Positions 34,028-45,476 are shown, counted from the first letter of the whole stretch. The stretch: 63,879 bases of DNA, filler included, from Stramenopiles sp. TOSAG23-6 (GCA_900128565.1; 3 parts of 3 records of this genome joined end to end with filler, not necessarily neighbours in it); one strand, 5' to 3'. Made by a program: numbers and translations. The notes: generated by a model from the letters alone, not told the origin.

Positions 34028-35335
34028 ATGGCTTGTCTTTCGAATGACGCGGAATTACGTGCATTTCTTGTACGTTTCATGGAGGCTGTTCGCGATAGAG
34101 ATAGTTCGCGTTTATCGGAAGGTTTTGTGGCCCCAAAAGGAGCTACAGAAATAGTAAATACAAAATTTCTTGGGTCAATTTCTATTGAGTCGGCGTGTGC
34201 TTCAATTGCTGTGGGAAGTTGTGAACCATATGCTAACATTTTAGCTCTCAGACTTCAAAGTCGTGTTGCAGCTGCTGAACCAAACCCCGAACCCCTGAGA
34301 GCATATGAATTGGAGAAGGAATTGGCGTCAAAGTTTTTACAAATATTCACAGGAGAAGACAACTGGCTTTGTCCGTCGCTTTATGCCATTGTCCGCAACT
34401 TACGAGTGGCAGCAACTCGTGCTGATGCAACAGCTATTGCAGCTCGTCCTTCTGGTGAAAACCGCGATAAGCGTACTCGTGTAGAGCCTACAAAATGTCT
34501 TAATGACTGTGTTCAACTTTTGTTATCAGCATTTCGACAGACTGTAAGTGATCGTGCTCCACTTGAAGTGAGTAAAAAAGTAGCAACAATATACGTAGCT
34601 GTAAACTTGTTTAAAGTTTATTTTCGAGTAAATAAGGCGTCGAAGTGTACGGAAGTTTATCAAGCAGTAGCAAAACTCCCACGATTTCCTAAAATTGAAT
34701 CTTTTCCGCTTGCGCATAGCGTTGCGTATCAATATTACGTTGGACGCCTTCACATGTTAGAGGGAAGTAATGAACTTGCTGAGCGAGAACTTTCTTTTGC
34801 TTTACAGCATTGTGATAAGTCACACAGAGTAAATATAAGAAAGATTCTAGCATGTCTTATTCCTGTTAGAATGCTTCGTGGTACTATGCCATCTTTATCA
34901 TTACTGAAAAAGTTCGGATTATTAGAATTTACAGATATTGTGAAGGGAGTAAGAACTGGAGATGTAAGACTTTTCAGGAATGCACTTTCACGACATCAAT
35001 CCATATTTATAGAACAAGGCACATTTTTAGTTCTTGAGAAATTACGAAATCTTACATATAGAAATTGTTTAAAACGTTTATGGTTTATCAATGGAAGCGG
35101 AAAACGTCTTGATACTAGAGAAATTGTGCGGATATTTAGTTGGTTAGATATTTTCAATGAAGGATATATTTCTACAAAAATTGATGAAGAAGAACAATTG
35201 GATGATGTGGAATGTATTCTTGCTAATCTTATTCATAGCGGTTTTGTCAAAGGTTATATTGCTCATAATCATAGAAAACTTGTACTTAGTGGTAAAAATG
35301 CTTTTCCCAGTGTAAAACAAGTACTTCAAAAATAA
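34028..35335 (+). CDS. PCID2: PCI domain protein PCID2/Csn12/Thp1-like (TREX-2)
   Basis: SKK.AT..V.VNLFKVYF, YQYYVGR, NIRKILACLIPVRML.G, DDVECILANLI..GFVKGYIAH.H.KLVLS.KNAFP. Confidence 0.88.
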   Translation: MACLSNDAELRAFLVRFMEAVRDRDSSRLSEGFVAPKGATEIVNTKFLGSISIESACASIAVGSCEPYANILALRLQSRVAAAEPNPEPLRAYELEKELASKFLQIFTGEDNWLCPSLYAIVRNLRVAATRADATAIAARPSGENRDKRTRVEPTKCLNDCVQLLLSAFRQTVSDRAPLEVSKKVATIYVAVNLFKVYFRVNKASKCTEVYQAVAKLPRFPKIESFPLAHSVAYQYYVGRLHMLEGSNELAERELSFALQHCDKSHRVNIRKILACLIPVRMLRGTMPSLSLLKKFGLLEFTDIVKGVRTGDVRLFRNALSRHQSIFIEQGTFLVLEKLRNLTYRNCLKRLWFINGSGKRLDTREIVRIFSWLDIFNEGYISTKIDEEEQLDDVECILANLIHSGFVKGYIAHNHRKLVLSGKNAFPSVKQVLQK

Positions 35336-35337
35336 AA

Positions 35338-35351
35338 TTAGGGTTAGGGTT
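35338..35351 (+). repeat. Interstitial telomere-like tract just after the PCID2 stop
   Basis: TTAGGGTTAGGGTT. Confidence 0.75.
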
Positions 35352-35426
35352 GAGTATGTAATTTAACTTTTTGTTTGCTTTTTGTTTTATATATATATTT
35401 ATGATTAGACCGTGACTAACATTCAT

Positions 35427-37349
35427 TTAGAAGGATTTACATTTCGATTTTCCCGCTGATTCTTTTTGNTTTTTTTTTTGTTGTGATATATTTTTTCTAT
35501 TACGATTGCGCACTCGTTTAGGTTGTTTTAGTTTTGGTGATGATGGACCATTGTTTTTTCGTTTACTATGTTGTTGTTGTTGTTGTTGTTGTTGCTTTTG
35601 TTTTTGTTGTTGTTGTTGTTGTTGTCTTTGAATTACATCTTTATTTACTTTACTACGTTTTTTAATAGAAGAACTACTGGAAGAATTTCGTCTGACATCA
35701 CGAGAAACATGTGGTCTGATATCACGATCAACATTTTGCTTTTGGTGTAATTTCTTTTTTGGACCACCACAACAATCAGGTAAAGATAAAAACCAACTTG
35801 GAATATTTGATCCACTTTCTTTCAAGGCTGCTAGAATATCTTTAGCAAGTTTTCCATTTTCCGATTTCTTATCCATACCAGGCATATAAAATGTAGTTGC
35901 CACTCCATTATGTCCTGCACGACCTGTTCTTCCAATTCGGTGTACATAGGAATCAAATTCATCTGGTAGAGAAAAATTTATTACATGTTCAATATTTGGA
36001 ATATCTAGTCCTCTTGCAGCAACATCAGTAGCTACAAGAATACGAACTTTCCCGTACCGAAATTGTTTTAATGCCGATTCTCTTTGGTTTTGACTTCGAT
36101 CACCATGAATGGCAACTGCACTTAGATCAACTGTTTCTTGTATATACTTTTCCTTTTCACTATTAGGTGTAGGATTATTATTACTAATTTTAACCTTTTC
36201 ACTATTAGGTGTAGGATTATTATTACTAATTTTAACTAATTGTTTTGTCAACCAACGGGCTTCTGATTTTTTCTTTACAAAGACTAAAGTTCTTCCACTA
36301 ATTTTGGAAAGTTCATGTAGTAACATATCAAGTTTGGCTCTTTTATCTTTTGGTGCATGCAATATGATTTGTTTAATTGCCTCTACAGTTCCTCCAACTT
36401 TACCAACAGCAACAAATACATAATTTTTATGCAAGAAAGAAGACGCCAATTTCTGGATTGAAACTGGAAAAGTAGCAGAGAAAAGAAACGATTGACGTCC
36501 CATACTTGAGGACATCATACCACGCTGCATCACTATTTTTCTAATTTGTGGTTCAAAACCCATGTCAAGCATTCGGTCTGCTTCATCAAGAACTAAAAAT
36601 TTGCACTTTTGGAGTGAAATTAAACCTCTGTCAACAAAATCTTGCAAACGACCTGGTGTTGCTACTAGAACATATAGCTTATTGTATGCGAGTGCTGCCA
36701 ATTGTGGTTTTGCCTTTGCACCGCCATATACAACTGCTGTTTGAATATTTGATTTAAAAGTGAGTTTTTTTGCTTCTAACTCAATTTGTTGAGCAAGTTC
36801 ACGAGTAGGAGCTAGAATGAGTGCCCTTGGCATACAAGGTGATGTTATTGCAGCTTTCGCTATAGATCCTGTAGAATGAATAGCAGCACAAAGAGGCAAA
36901 AGAAATGCAAATGTCTTACCAGAGCCGGTTTGTGCGCAACACATGAGATCGTGACCAAATAAACCAAGGGGAACAGCGTGCTTCTGAATAGGTGTTGGTG
37001 TCTTATACCCCATTCTCTGAATGTTACTCTTTAGAAAACCAGGAATATTTTTTATATCAGAGAATTTTTCTAAAGATGAAACCTCATCCGCATTTGGACC
37101 GGAGCGGACGACATTGATTTTATCATATGCTTTGAAATTTATACCCACTGTACCACTTTTCTTGCCAAACAGTTGTTCAATTGATAGTGTTTCTTGTTTC
37201 GACCCTCCCTTCTTTGACGCCAACTTTTCTTTCATTTCCCAGAAATATTTTCCTTCGGTAGCTGCTTTTTCAGCCATCGCCTGTAATTGCTTAGCACGGC
37301 GACCCTGCTTGCGTTGCTTGCGCTTGGACAAAGCATTTACATCAGCCAT
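35427..37349 (-). CDS. DEAD-box RNA helicase, DDX3/Ded1/Vasa-like
   Basis: PTPIQ, DLMCCAQTGSGKT, PTRELA, LDEADRMLDMGFEPQIR, SAT, HGDRSQ, YVHRIGRTGRAG; poly-Q tail. Confidence 0.9.
   Translation of the reverse strand: MADVNALSKRKQRKQGRRAKQLQAMAEKAATEGKYFWEMKEKLASKKGGSKQETLSIEQLFGKKSGTVGINFKAYDKINVVRSGPNADEVSSLEKFSDIKNIPGFLKSNIQRMGYKTPTPIQKHAVPLGLFGHDLMCCAQTGSGKTFAFLLPLCAAIHSTGSIAKAAITSPCMPRALILAPTRELAQQIELEAKKLTFKSNIQTAVVYGGAKAKPQLAALAYNKLYVLVATPGRLQDFVDRGLISLQKCKFLVLDEADRMLDMGFEPQIRKIVMQRGMMSSSMGRQSFLFSATFPVSIQKLASSFLHKNYVFVAVGKVGGTVEAIKQIILHAPKDKRAKLDMLLHELSKISGRTLVFVKKKSEARWLTKQLVKISNNNPTPNSEKVKISNNNPTPNSEKEKYIQETVDLSAVAIHGDRSQNQRESALKQFRYGKVRILVATDVAARGLDIPNIEHVINFSLPDEFDSYVHRIGRTGRAGHNGVATTFYMPGMDKKSENGKLAKDILAALKESGSNIPSWFLSLPDCCGGPKKKLHQKQNVDRDIRPHVSRDVRRNSSSSSSIKKRSKVNKDVIQRQQQQQQQKQKQQQQQQQQHSKRKNNGPSSPKLKQPKRVRNRNRKNISQQKKXQKESAGKSKCKSF
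36152..36235. repeat. Perfect 42-nt tandem duplication inside the helicase
   Basis: VKISNNNPTPNSEK encoded twice by identical DNA. Confidence 0.9.
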
Positions 37350-37525
37350 TGTCACGAGAACTCGTTTTTGCCGAAGTCAAGTAACCAACACAAAAGGAAG
37401 ATCCAAAAAAAAACGAAAAAAATTTCGCAAAAATTTCGTCTAAAAAAAAAGTTTAAATGATATAATAAATAACTAATAACCGCATAATAACCTTGTAAAA
37501 AACATAGTTGTTTTAATTCAATAAA

Positions 37526-38619
37526 TTACAACTGTTTAGACTTTTTTGAATAAACATTTTCACCCTTTTCATCATGGATGCCATTATTATTTTGTCCAGA
37601 TGAAAGAGATTTTATTGTGTTATTCGTAGATAAACTTCTTTTTTTTCCCAAAATTTGGTCAACTGAAGAATTACTAGAATGAGTGGGTACAATATTTAAT
37701 ATATCTGCACCTTTCATTGGACCTCCAGATGTATTCATATTATGTGTTGCTTCTAGTCCTTTGAAGTATTTCACAGTTTTAACCCGTAACTCTAACGTTG
37801 CATCTTCGTCACAAACAACGCAAGCTCGTGGATGCATTTGAAGCATTGAAACAGTCCACATGTATTTTGGAAAAATATTTCAAAAAAAATCGTTAGGTAC
37901 ACAATTTCGTACGAAAAATAAATTCGAAATTGAAAAAAAAATAAAACATACATGTGACTAATACCTTCCTCAATGCATTTATACATCGCATACGCTTTGT
38001 GTGCACCTGTTATAATAATCAATACTTCGCGTGAATCCATTACAGTACCAACGCCTACTGTAAGCGCCATTTTGGGTACTTTCGAAATGTCATTGTCAAA
38101 AAACCTAGAATTGGCAACTATTGTGTCATAAGCTAATGTTTTCACACGTGTACGTGATGTCAAGCTTGAACCCGGTTCATTGAATGCAATATGCCCATCT
38201 GGCCCAATACCACCCAAGAATAATTCAATACCCCCGTATTGAAATATTTTTTCTTCATATAAACGGCACTCTTCGACCAAATCATTTGCGTTGCCATTCA
38301 GCATGTGAACGTTGTTTGGATCAATGTCCACGTGTTTGAATAAGTTATTCCACATAAAAGCATGGTATGATTCTGGATGATCTTCGGCGATACCGACGTA
38401 TTCATCCATATTGAATGTTGCAACATATTTGAAGCTTAATTCCCCCGCGTTATAAAAATTTACAAGTTGTTTGTATACTGGGATGGGAGATGAGCCAGTT
38501 GGCAACCCAAGAACAAAAAGATTATTGGCACTTGGTGCGTACTCTGTGATACGTTTTTGAACATATTTCGCAACCCAAAGTCCAGCATCATCCTTAGATT
38601 CCTTGATAATAATACGCAT
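37526..38619 (-). CDS. GNPDA: Glucosamine-6-phosphate deaminase, 2 exons
   Basis: [34 protein letters not shown]; exons 38619-37952 and 37859-37526 restore conserved IEEG.SHMWTVS..Q.HP...[20 protein letters not shown]. Confidence 0.95.
37860..37951 (-). other. GT-AT intron, 92 nt, containing no AG dinucleotide
   Basis: Minus strand CACAT|GTATGT...TTCGTACGAAATTGTGTACCTAAC...CCAAAATACAT|GTGG; exact removal is needed for HMWTVS. Confidence 0.92.
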
Positions 38620-38898
38620 TTATCCAATAAATTTAAAGTTTATCCTCGCGTTTCTACTTTCAATTTAATGGATTTATTTTATTTATTCATGAAGAAGAAG
38701 AAGATGATGCATATGATCATCGAGAATCAAAATTTAATCACCATCATTGTCCATTGGCCAATCAATTTTTTTGACAGGTGTGTCCCATTTTTTTTACGTA
38801 TGAAAAATCGCTTGTCTTCAGTACTTTTTATGATCTTTTCGAATATTATAAGGGACGTTCCCGGTAACGGTAACTAAAAAAGCCTCGTGTCATGACTC

Positions 38899-40005
38899 AT
38901 GACGATGAGACATCGCGCGACGTTTGCTCGTCTCGTCGTCGTGTTCGCGTTGTTTTTGTCCTTTTTCTCTTTTCAGTCAATCAAACAAAGACATATGACG
39001 ATGATTGCCCCCGTGTATGATACCGCCCGTGTAATGGCTACCTCTCCTGCTTCTTCTAATCCTCTCCTTCAGAAAGGTCCGTCTGGATTTCGCCCACTTG
39101 AGTTTTACGGAAAGTGTATGATGGGAGGTATTCTAGCTTGTGGTGTGACTCACGCCTCAGTTGTTACCCTTGATGTTGCAAAGTGCCGCACACAAGCACA
39201 TAGCAAATCAGGAGCTTGGCCTAATGGCCTTGTTGCATCTATCAGTAAGACTTGGAAAGGTGAAGGTGTCGGAGGTGTTACAAAAGGTGTAGTTCCAACC
39301 TTTTTTGGCTATGGTGCACAGGGTCTGTGCAAATTTGGACTTAACGAGTTTTTCAAGGATTTCTACACCAATCTTGTTGGCCAGGAGACAATTGATAACT
39401 CAACTGTCAAACGTATGATTCTTTGGGGTGCTGCTTCTGGTTCCGCCGAAATTTTTGCGGACGTTGCACTTTGCCCATTTGAGATGACCAAGGTCAAGAT
39501 GCAGGTAACCCTTCCAGGTCAACCTGGACAGGTTCCAGGTGGTATGCTCAGTGCCATGAGTCACATGAGTGCAAACAAAGCGGAAACTAAATTTCCTTTC
39601 GGATCTCTCGCACCGTTATGGGGACGCCAAGTTCCATATACTATGATCAAGTTCGTCGGTTTTTACCAAACTCAAAACATGGTCTACGATCAGCTTCTTA
39701 AACGCACTGGCAACAAGAAAGAAGATTACGGTGACGCAGCTCAGCTTGGTATTACTTTTGGATGTGGTTATTGGGCTGGTATTTTCTGCGCTATTGCTAC
39801 TCAGCCTATGGATAATCTTGTATCAATGAAAGGTATTCCTGAAAACAAAACAAAACCTTGGGGACAAATGGCAAGTGAAATGGGTGTTAAAGATTTATTC
39901 TTGAAAGGTCTCACAACTCGTATTATTATGATTGGTACTCTTACTGGTCTCCAGTGGTGGATCTATGGTTCATTCAAGAATGCTATGGGTTTTGGAACGT
40001 CATAA
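38899..40005 (+). CDS. Mitochondrial phosphate carrier (SLC25A3/Mir1-like)
   Basis: GG.LACG.TH, PTFFGYG.QG.CKFG..E.FK, AE.FADVALCPFE..KV, LWGRQVPYTM.KF, RIIMIGTLTGLQW.IY; true start may be a downstream ATG (~38995). Confidence 0.92.
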   Translation: MTMRHRATFARLVVVFALFLSFFSFQSIKQRHMTMIAPVYDTARVMATSPASSNPLLQKGPSGFRPLEFYGKCMMGGILACGVTHASVVTLDVAKCRTQAHSKSGAWPNGLVASISKTWKGEGVGGVTKGVVPTFFGYGAQGLCKFGLNEFFKDFYTNLVGQETIDNSTVKRMILWGAASGSAEIFADVALCPFEMTKVKMQVTLPGQPGQVPGGMLSAMSHMSANKAETKFPFGSLAPLWGRQVPYTMIKFVGFYQTQNMVYDQLLKRTGNKKEDYGDAAQLGITFGCGYWAGIFCAIATQPMDNLVSMKGIPENKTKPWGQMASEMGVKDLFLKGLTTRIIMIGTLTGLQWWIYGSFKNAMGFGTS

Positions 40006-40430
40006 ACTTCTCAATTTCGAATTTATTTTGACATAAACTTCACTTTTTTCTTTGGTAAGTTTTACTATCAACTTCTAAGAAATCCTTTTTTTCATCTGAG
40101 TGATTCAAAAGTGTTTTATTTTAATATAGATGAAGTATTCGTGAAATAAAGATAATTTACTCGTTCATTTTTTGTTTGTTTGTATGTGGAATAAAGTTAT
40201 TTTTACTCTTTCAAATCAAACTTTTCGATTTCGAATCAAAATTCTTTTTTTTTTCTTGCTCTTTTTCGTGTCACATCACATCGTCAAAAAAATAGAGGAG
40301 CCAACTTCGAATCAAATTCTAATCTCTCAAAAATCGCAAAAGTACAATAAAATATATATTTTTAAATATCTCGTCTCTGTCCACCAAAGCCTATTTTACT
40401 CGATTAAAGGGAACTAATTAAAGGAAACCA

Positions 40431-41809
40431 ATGTTCAAGTGGGCTAAATATATCACCACGCTGTGCTTTCTTTGGATGATGCCAGTTAAGAGTAATAAAT
40501 ACGCTGTTGCTAAGATCGAGTCCTCCGATGGTTCAGCCACTGTTAGTGGTTTCGTTCAGTTTATCCAAATCGCAGACGGTGACGTACTTATGAGTTATTC
40601 TATTACAGGTTTAACACCTGGGAAACACGGTATTCATGTACATCAAAATGGCGATTGCACGGACACAAAAACACTAAAAACATTAGGATATCATTTTATA
40701 CCAATAATGTCTTGTGATCCTGAAGGTGACAAAGACAAGTATGAAGCCTGCAAGAACGTCAGTTTTCACGGTATGCCACCTGAAGTGAAGAGACAATCTG
40801 GTGATATGGGTAATATTGATGTGTCTGCTCAAGGTGTAGCAACGGGCAGTGTCCTACTCGGGCAGTCAAAGCTAAGTCTCACTGATCAATTTTTATCAAT
40901 AATCGGTCGATCCGTTGTAATTCACGCAGGAGAAGATAAGGGCAGCAGTGCACAACCTTGGGGTGATGCTGGTGGGCATATTTGGTATTTATCCAAAGAT
41001 TTTTTCTTTTTACACTATATTAGTATATACTTGTTTTTACTCAGTTTAACTACATTTGATATATCATATACATGACAGCGGAAGCATACGGGATTATTGG
41101 AATAGCTAATCCAGCCATGCTTGTTAATCTTCGTTTACCATATGAACCAAATAAGTGCACAGCAAACAATGCTGCTGATCCAACTAAACCAACTGCCGGG
41201 TGTGCTCCAATTAATCCTGCTCCAAAAACAAACACTGCAATAGCACCGTCGCTTCCTCATGTTCAAAAGGTTGTTTGCAACTTCACTGGTCCATATATCA
41301 AAGGAAAAGCAATTATTTATAAACCAGATTTTTCGAAAGCAGAAGCTACGCTCCAGTCCGAATTTACTGTCACAGAAAAATGTCCTGATGGTTGTAAAAC
41401 ATTATCCTGGCATTTTCATATGTTTGGAGATACACCTTCATTTGACGAATCTAAACCAGATACTTCTCAAAGTATGGGTCCAGTATTTACTTCAGAAACA
41501 TTAGTACTTGATACAATTTCAAGGACAGCAAATTCAAGTGACGTCTATTTTATTGACCAATTTACACCCAAAAGTCTTCTGGATCACGTTGGAATTACAC
41601 TGACGCTACACTCGCCAGCAGGTGGACCACCATATCATCCAACAGTGGCAGCTGCGGTCTGCGGAATTGCTTCTCCAGATACATGCATTGATAAAGATGG
41701 CGGTTGTTCCAAAGCAGTACTAATTCATGGCAATCCTAGTACAACACAAAGCTTAAGTATAGTGTTTATGGTATTCATTATGTCTTCTTCTTTATGGTGT
41801 CAGCAGTAA
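40431..41809 (+). CDS. Secreted/anchored Cu/Zn-SOD-like protein with two SOD-fold domains, 2 exons
   Basis: Signal peptide; GLTPGKHGIHVH, GDMGNI, IIGRSVVIH; second domain WHFH...LTLH...AVCGI; hydrophobic C-terminus; intron at about 40972-41078. Confidence 0.75.
40972..41078 (+). other. Intron, boundaries ambiguous
   Basis: AT-rich interruption between WGDAG and EAYGIIG; possible ends ATACAT (41073) or GACAG (41078); lacks the full family motif. Confidence 0.45.
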
Positions 41810-42188
41810 CTATAAATTTGTAATAATTTCCATATTTTACCATAAATAACTCTTTTAAGTTTTTCAAATTGTGTGTTTTGTGTAATTCTATTTATTTCTT
41901 CCTACATACCATCAATAAATCTTAGTATCTGCCTCACTTAGCTATAGCCATGGATAGTCATAGTCAGTAGCGTTGGATACTATAGTTGGATGTCCGTGCG
42001 GTATACGGTACGGTATTTGAAATTTGCGACCACGTGGTAACGGGTAACGCGCTGTTCGAACTTCGAACTGACTTGACTACTGGTACACCGAGAGCAAGGG
42101 TACCTTGCTTGCAGAGACCGTAGCTACGTACTAATAGCCACACAAGAACTACCTATATCAAACCATGAAGGAGAGAGTCTAACGAAAT

Positions 42189-43493
42189 ATGTCGTATATT
42201 TATGTATTGGAGTTGATTGTTTTATTGGTTATTTCACCACTAAGAATTGCACACTCTGTTGATCCAGTGAACAAGTTGCTAGATATAGAAAGCAACTTCC
42301 CTAACACCCCGGTCAATCCACATATTCATGATATTCCACCAGAGCCAGAGTTTCAATCTGTACGAAATAATAATAGTGAAATAACAATGGCCCAGAATTA
42401 TATCCATGATCAACTCTATGGAAAACGGGAAATAGAAGACATTCAAAAACTAAACCCTATTGAAGTCTATCGTTCACGAGAAAATAAGATAGATAGTCTC
42501 ATCGGCTGTTATTTTTTTATGACGTATGTTTTTTGTTGTCTGGCACCAGGGTTTGCGGTTTTCGCCATCATTTCCGAGATCCCTATATACAAAACTATCG
42601 ACGGGCATATAGGTGAGATATATATCGATCCTGTGGATTTGACAGACAGAGCGCAGTTACAATCGTGTGACGACACTGTGGGAACAAGTGAATCAATGGA
42701 AACGTTTTGCCAGTGTAAATATTTTCAGCTGTATCCACCTGATATAAAATTTGAGGACAGAGCATTAGGCAAGTACAAGTGTAAAATTTGGTTTAACACT
42801 ACCAGCTTGGATACTGCAACTGCAGTCTGTATGCGTAGCAAACTTGATTGGTCCAGATGGGACCAATTTCAAAGAGAGTGTCTGCAGCATATTGAAAAGA
42901 ATGCCACGTACCCTGGCTGGATCCCAGATCAAAGGGTGGAGACCAATACAATGGCATTAAGTATCCCCTTTTCACTTTTTACAATATATACTTCTCTTTA
43001 TATTATTAATGCTTGCGCGGAGGATATACAGAGTAAGGCAGAAACATTAGCAAAGAAAATCCTAAAACTAAAATCAAACAAGAAAGACTTGTTCCGAACC
43101 GACGCTCATTTTTCCACACAGCATAACCTCTCACAGGTTAAAAAGACTATAGACAAGCGAATAGAACTAGTAAGGGCAAAAATACGGCTAAATTTTGTCA
43201 AAGGTTCCATAGCTATTGGATTTGAAGACTTTGATATCGTTGAAAACATTGCTCATCACATAAATAAATCAAAGCTAAATACACACATAACAGCTTTAAG
43301 AGATTTCGAAAGCCATAAGGCTAATATTATAATGAGGATTCTTCGAGATAGTACCCCCAGACTTCGAGGCAAAACAGCAGTGGACGTTGGATTTCGAAAT
43401 GCGTTGCGAGAGATTTATGAATCAACACCTTCAAAGTTAGAATTAACAGCACGGCAGCATCCGGCAGCTGCCTATTTTCTTGCCAAATGGTGA
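42189..43493 (+). CDS. Hypothetical membrane protein with signal peptide
   Basis: Hydrophobic N-terminus; two further hydrophobic segments flanking a Cys-rich loop. Confidence 0.6.
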   Translation: MSYIYVLELIVLLVISPLRIAHSVDPVNKLLDIESNFPNTPVNPHIHDIPPEPEFQSVRNNNSEITMAQNYIHDQLYGKREIEDIQKLNPIEVYRSRENKIDSLIGCYFFMTYVFCCLAPGFAVFAIISEIPIYKTIDGHIGEIYIDPVDLTDRAQLQSCDDTVGTSESMETFCQCKYFQLYPPDIKFEDRALGKYKCKIWFNTTSLDTATAVCMRSKLDWSRWDQFQRECLQHIEKNATYPGWIPDQRVETNTMALSIPFSLFTIYTSLYIINACAEDIQSKAETLAKKILKLKSNKKDLFRTDAHFSTQHNLSQVKKTIDKRIELVRAKIRLNFVKGSIAIGFEDFDIVENIAHHINKSKLNTHITALRDFESHKANIIMRILRDSTPRLRGKTAVDVGFRNALREIYESTPSKLELTARQHPAAAYFLAKW

Positions 43494-43777
43494 ATAAAGT
43501 AGAGGAAGGATTATTAGAAATCCTCACATAATCTAAATATATAAAGTAAAGTGATGGCTAGTTTTATTAGAATCTGATTTATTACTTCTTTTACTGGTAT
43601 ACCAGTTTTGTCCTTTTGCTACGGTATCGATTTTTCGATTTGACCTGTGTCGAAAGACACAATCAAAAAACCTTATTACGTCCACTACCCAGATACTATG
43701 TACGTAGCTACTGCTAGCACTAACTTCCTGCAATTATATTATTGATATCAATAGTTGATGTCATCAATAATTAAAAT

Positions 43778-45285
43778 ATGATTAGAGCACTTCATCGCTG
43801 GTTGCATGCACCTGTATGTAGCTTTTCACTTTCGTTATTCCGTATTTTATTTGGTATTGTCATGGCAATATCGAGTATTAAGCATTTTAATCGATTAGAC
43901 GAAGTCCGTTCTTCATTCCGACTTTACTATTCTGGCTTTTCATGGATTCCCAAGTTTGCATTCTCAAATATGAAACTTCAGGTCATTGCTATGGGAGTTG
44001 CATCTATTTTAATTTCATTTGGTCATAAAGCTATGTACCGATTCGCTGTGTTAGTTGCGCTTATTTTGTACTCGTTATTGTTTTTCAGTGATGCTACCTA
44101 TTACAACAATCACTATTATCTCATTATACTTTTCTTGTTGTTTTTTTCGGTAACTGATGCAAATACATATGGAATTCAGGATATAATCAACGAATTGATA
44201 AGTTGGTGTACGTTTTCAAAATATCATAGTCAAACAATTAGGAAAGTGCAACGCTGGCAAGTTGTTTTGTTCAAGGTTCAGATTTCACTTGTCTATTTTT
44301 TTGCAGGCATTTCAAAACTCAATTCTGAATGGCTTCGAGGATACCCAGTAATGAAGTTAAGCATAGATTGTTATCGAAAAGCGTTTATTGATGTTATTGG
44401 ATTTCGTGCATCGCATGAGGATGTAATTATTCCACTAATATTTACATATTTTATATGCTATGGTGGTTTGATATTTGACATTGTTATAGGATTCATTTTG
44501 ATGAGTTCTTCCTCAGCTACAAGAAAGAAAGGTCTACAATTTGCAGCTTTGTTCCATATCATGAATTATTTTATGTTTGATATTGGTGTATTTCCTTTTT
44601 TAATGCTATGTACATCAGTGTTATTTATAGATTGTAGAAATATTGAAAGAGACTCTTTTTCAGCTGATAATAATTCACAAGATTTTATTGACGATACAAA
44701 AAGTAGAAAGTCAATGAAAGATTTTGTTGACGATACAAAACGTAGAAAGTCAAAGAAAGATTTTGTTGACGATACAAAAAGTAGAAAGTCAAAGATAATT
44801 ACGTTTATTCTTTTGATATTCTTTAGTATACAATTTTGTTTACCATTACGACATTACTGGTATCAATACAAATATGCTGATTATATAATTCACAATTTTC
44901 CAATAGACGCTTATGACATAGATTCATTAAACCCTAACCCTGAAACCCCTAACCCTTCGGAAACAGATTTCGATACTATCTCATTAAAGCAGGTTCGTGT
45001 TGGATGGACAGGATTAGGAGAGCTGTTTGCATGGCGTATGATGCTTACATCCAAAATCTGTAATGGACAGTTTCATGTGAAAATACGGGGAGGAAAACAT
45101 CAAAGAATAAAAATTGTGGACACTATTTTAAATACTGATCTACTATATATCACTCAAAGACAAGCTTTTCGAGTATTCCAATATCCTCATTATATCGTAC
45201 AAGCAGCTCAACATACAAAAGTATTGATTGATAATGAAATAGATACATTTACGTCAAAAATCTCCGCGGTGGGGTCATCATCTCG
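43778..45285 (+). CDS. HTTM-domain / vitamin K-dependent gamma-carboxylase-like protein, 3'-partial
   Basis: SL..FRILFG, YYNNHYYL, VYFFAGISKLNSEWLRG, FHIMN..MF.IG.FP, WT...ELFAWRMML; runs into the gap. Confidence 0.82.
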
Positions 45286-45385
45286 NNNNNNNNNNNNNNN
45301 NNNNNNNNNNNNNNNNNNNNNNNNNNNNNTTAATTAATTAANNNNNNNNNNNNNNNNNNNNNNNNNNNNNNNNNNNNNNNNNNNN
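45286..45385. other. Assembly gap with artificial TTAATTAATTAA linker
   Basis: N runs flanking a six-frame stop linker. Confidence 0.95.
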
Positions 45386-45476
45386 TTTCAAAAAAAAATC
45401 TAAAAAAATTGTTAGGTACAAAATTTCGTACGAAAAAAAAAATTTAAATTTTCAAAAAAAAAAAAAAAAAACATAC
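45386..45476 (-). other. Family intron (5' part), 3' end lost in the gap
   Basis: Minus strand GAT|GTATGT...TTCGTACGAAATTTTGTACCTAAC...TTGAAA. Confidence 0.75.

Noticed and set aside
37526-38619. Interrupted genes as pseudogenes disrupted by insertions
   Set aside because: Exons on both sides are intact and conserved, inserts are always sense-oriented with donor- and branch-like motifs, and removal restores frames exactly in many genes.
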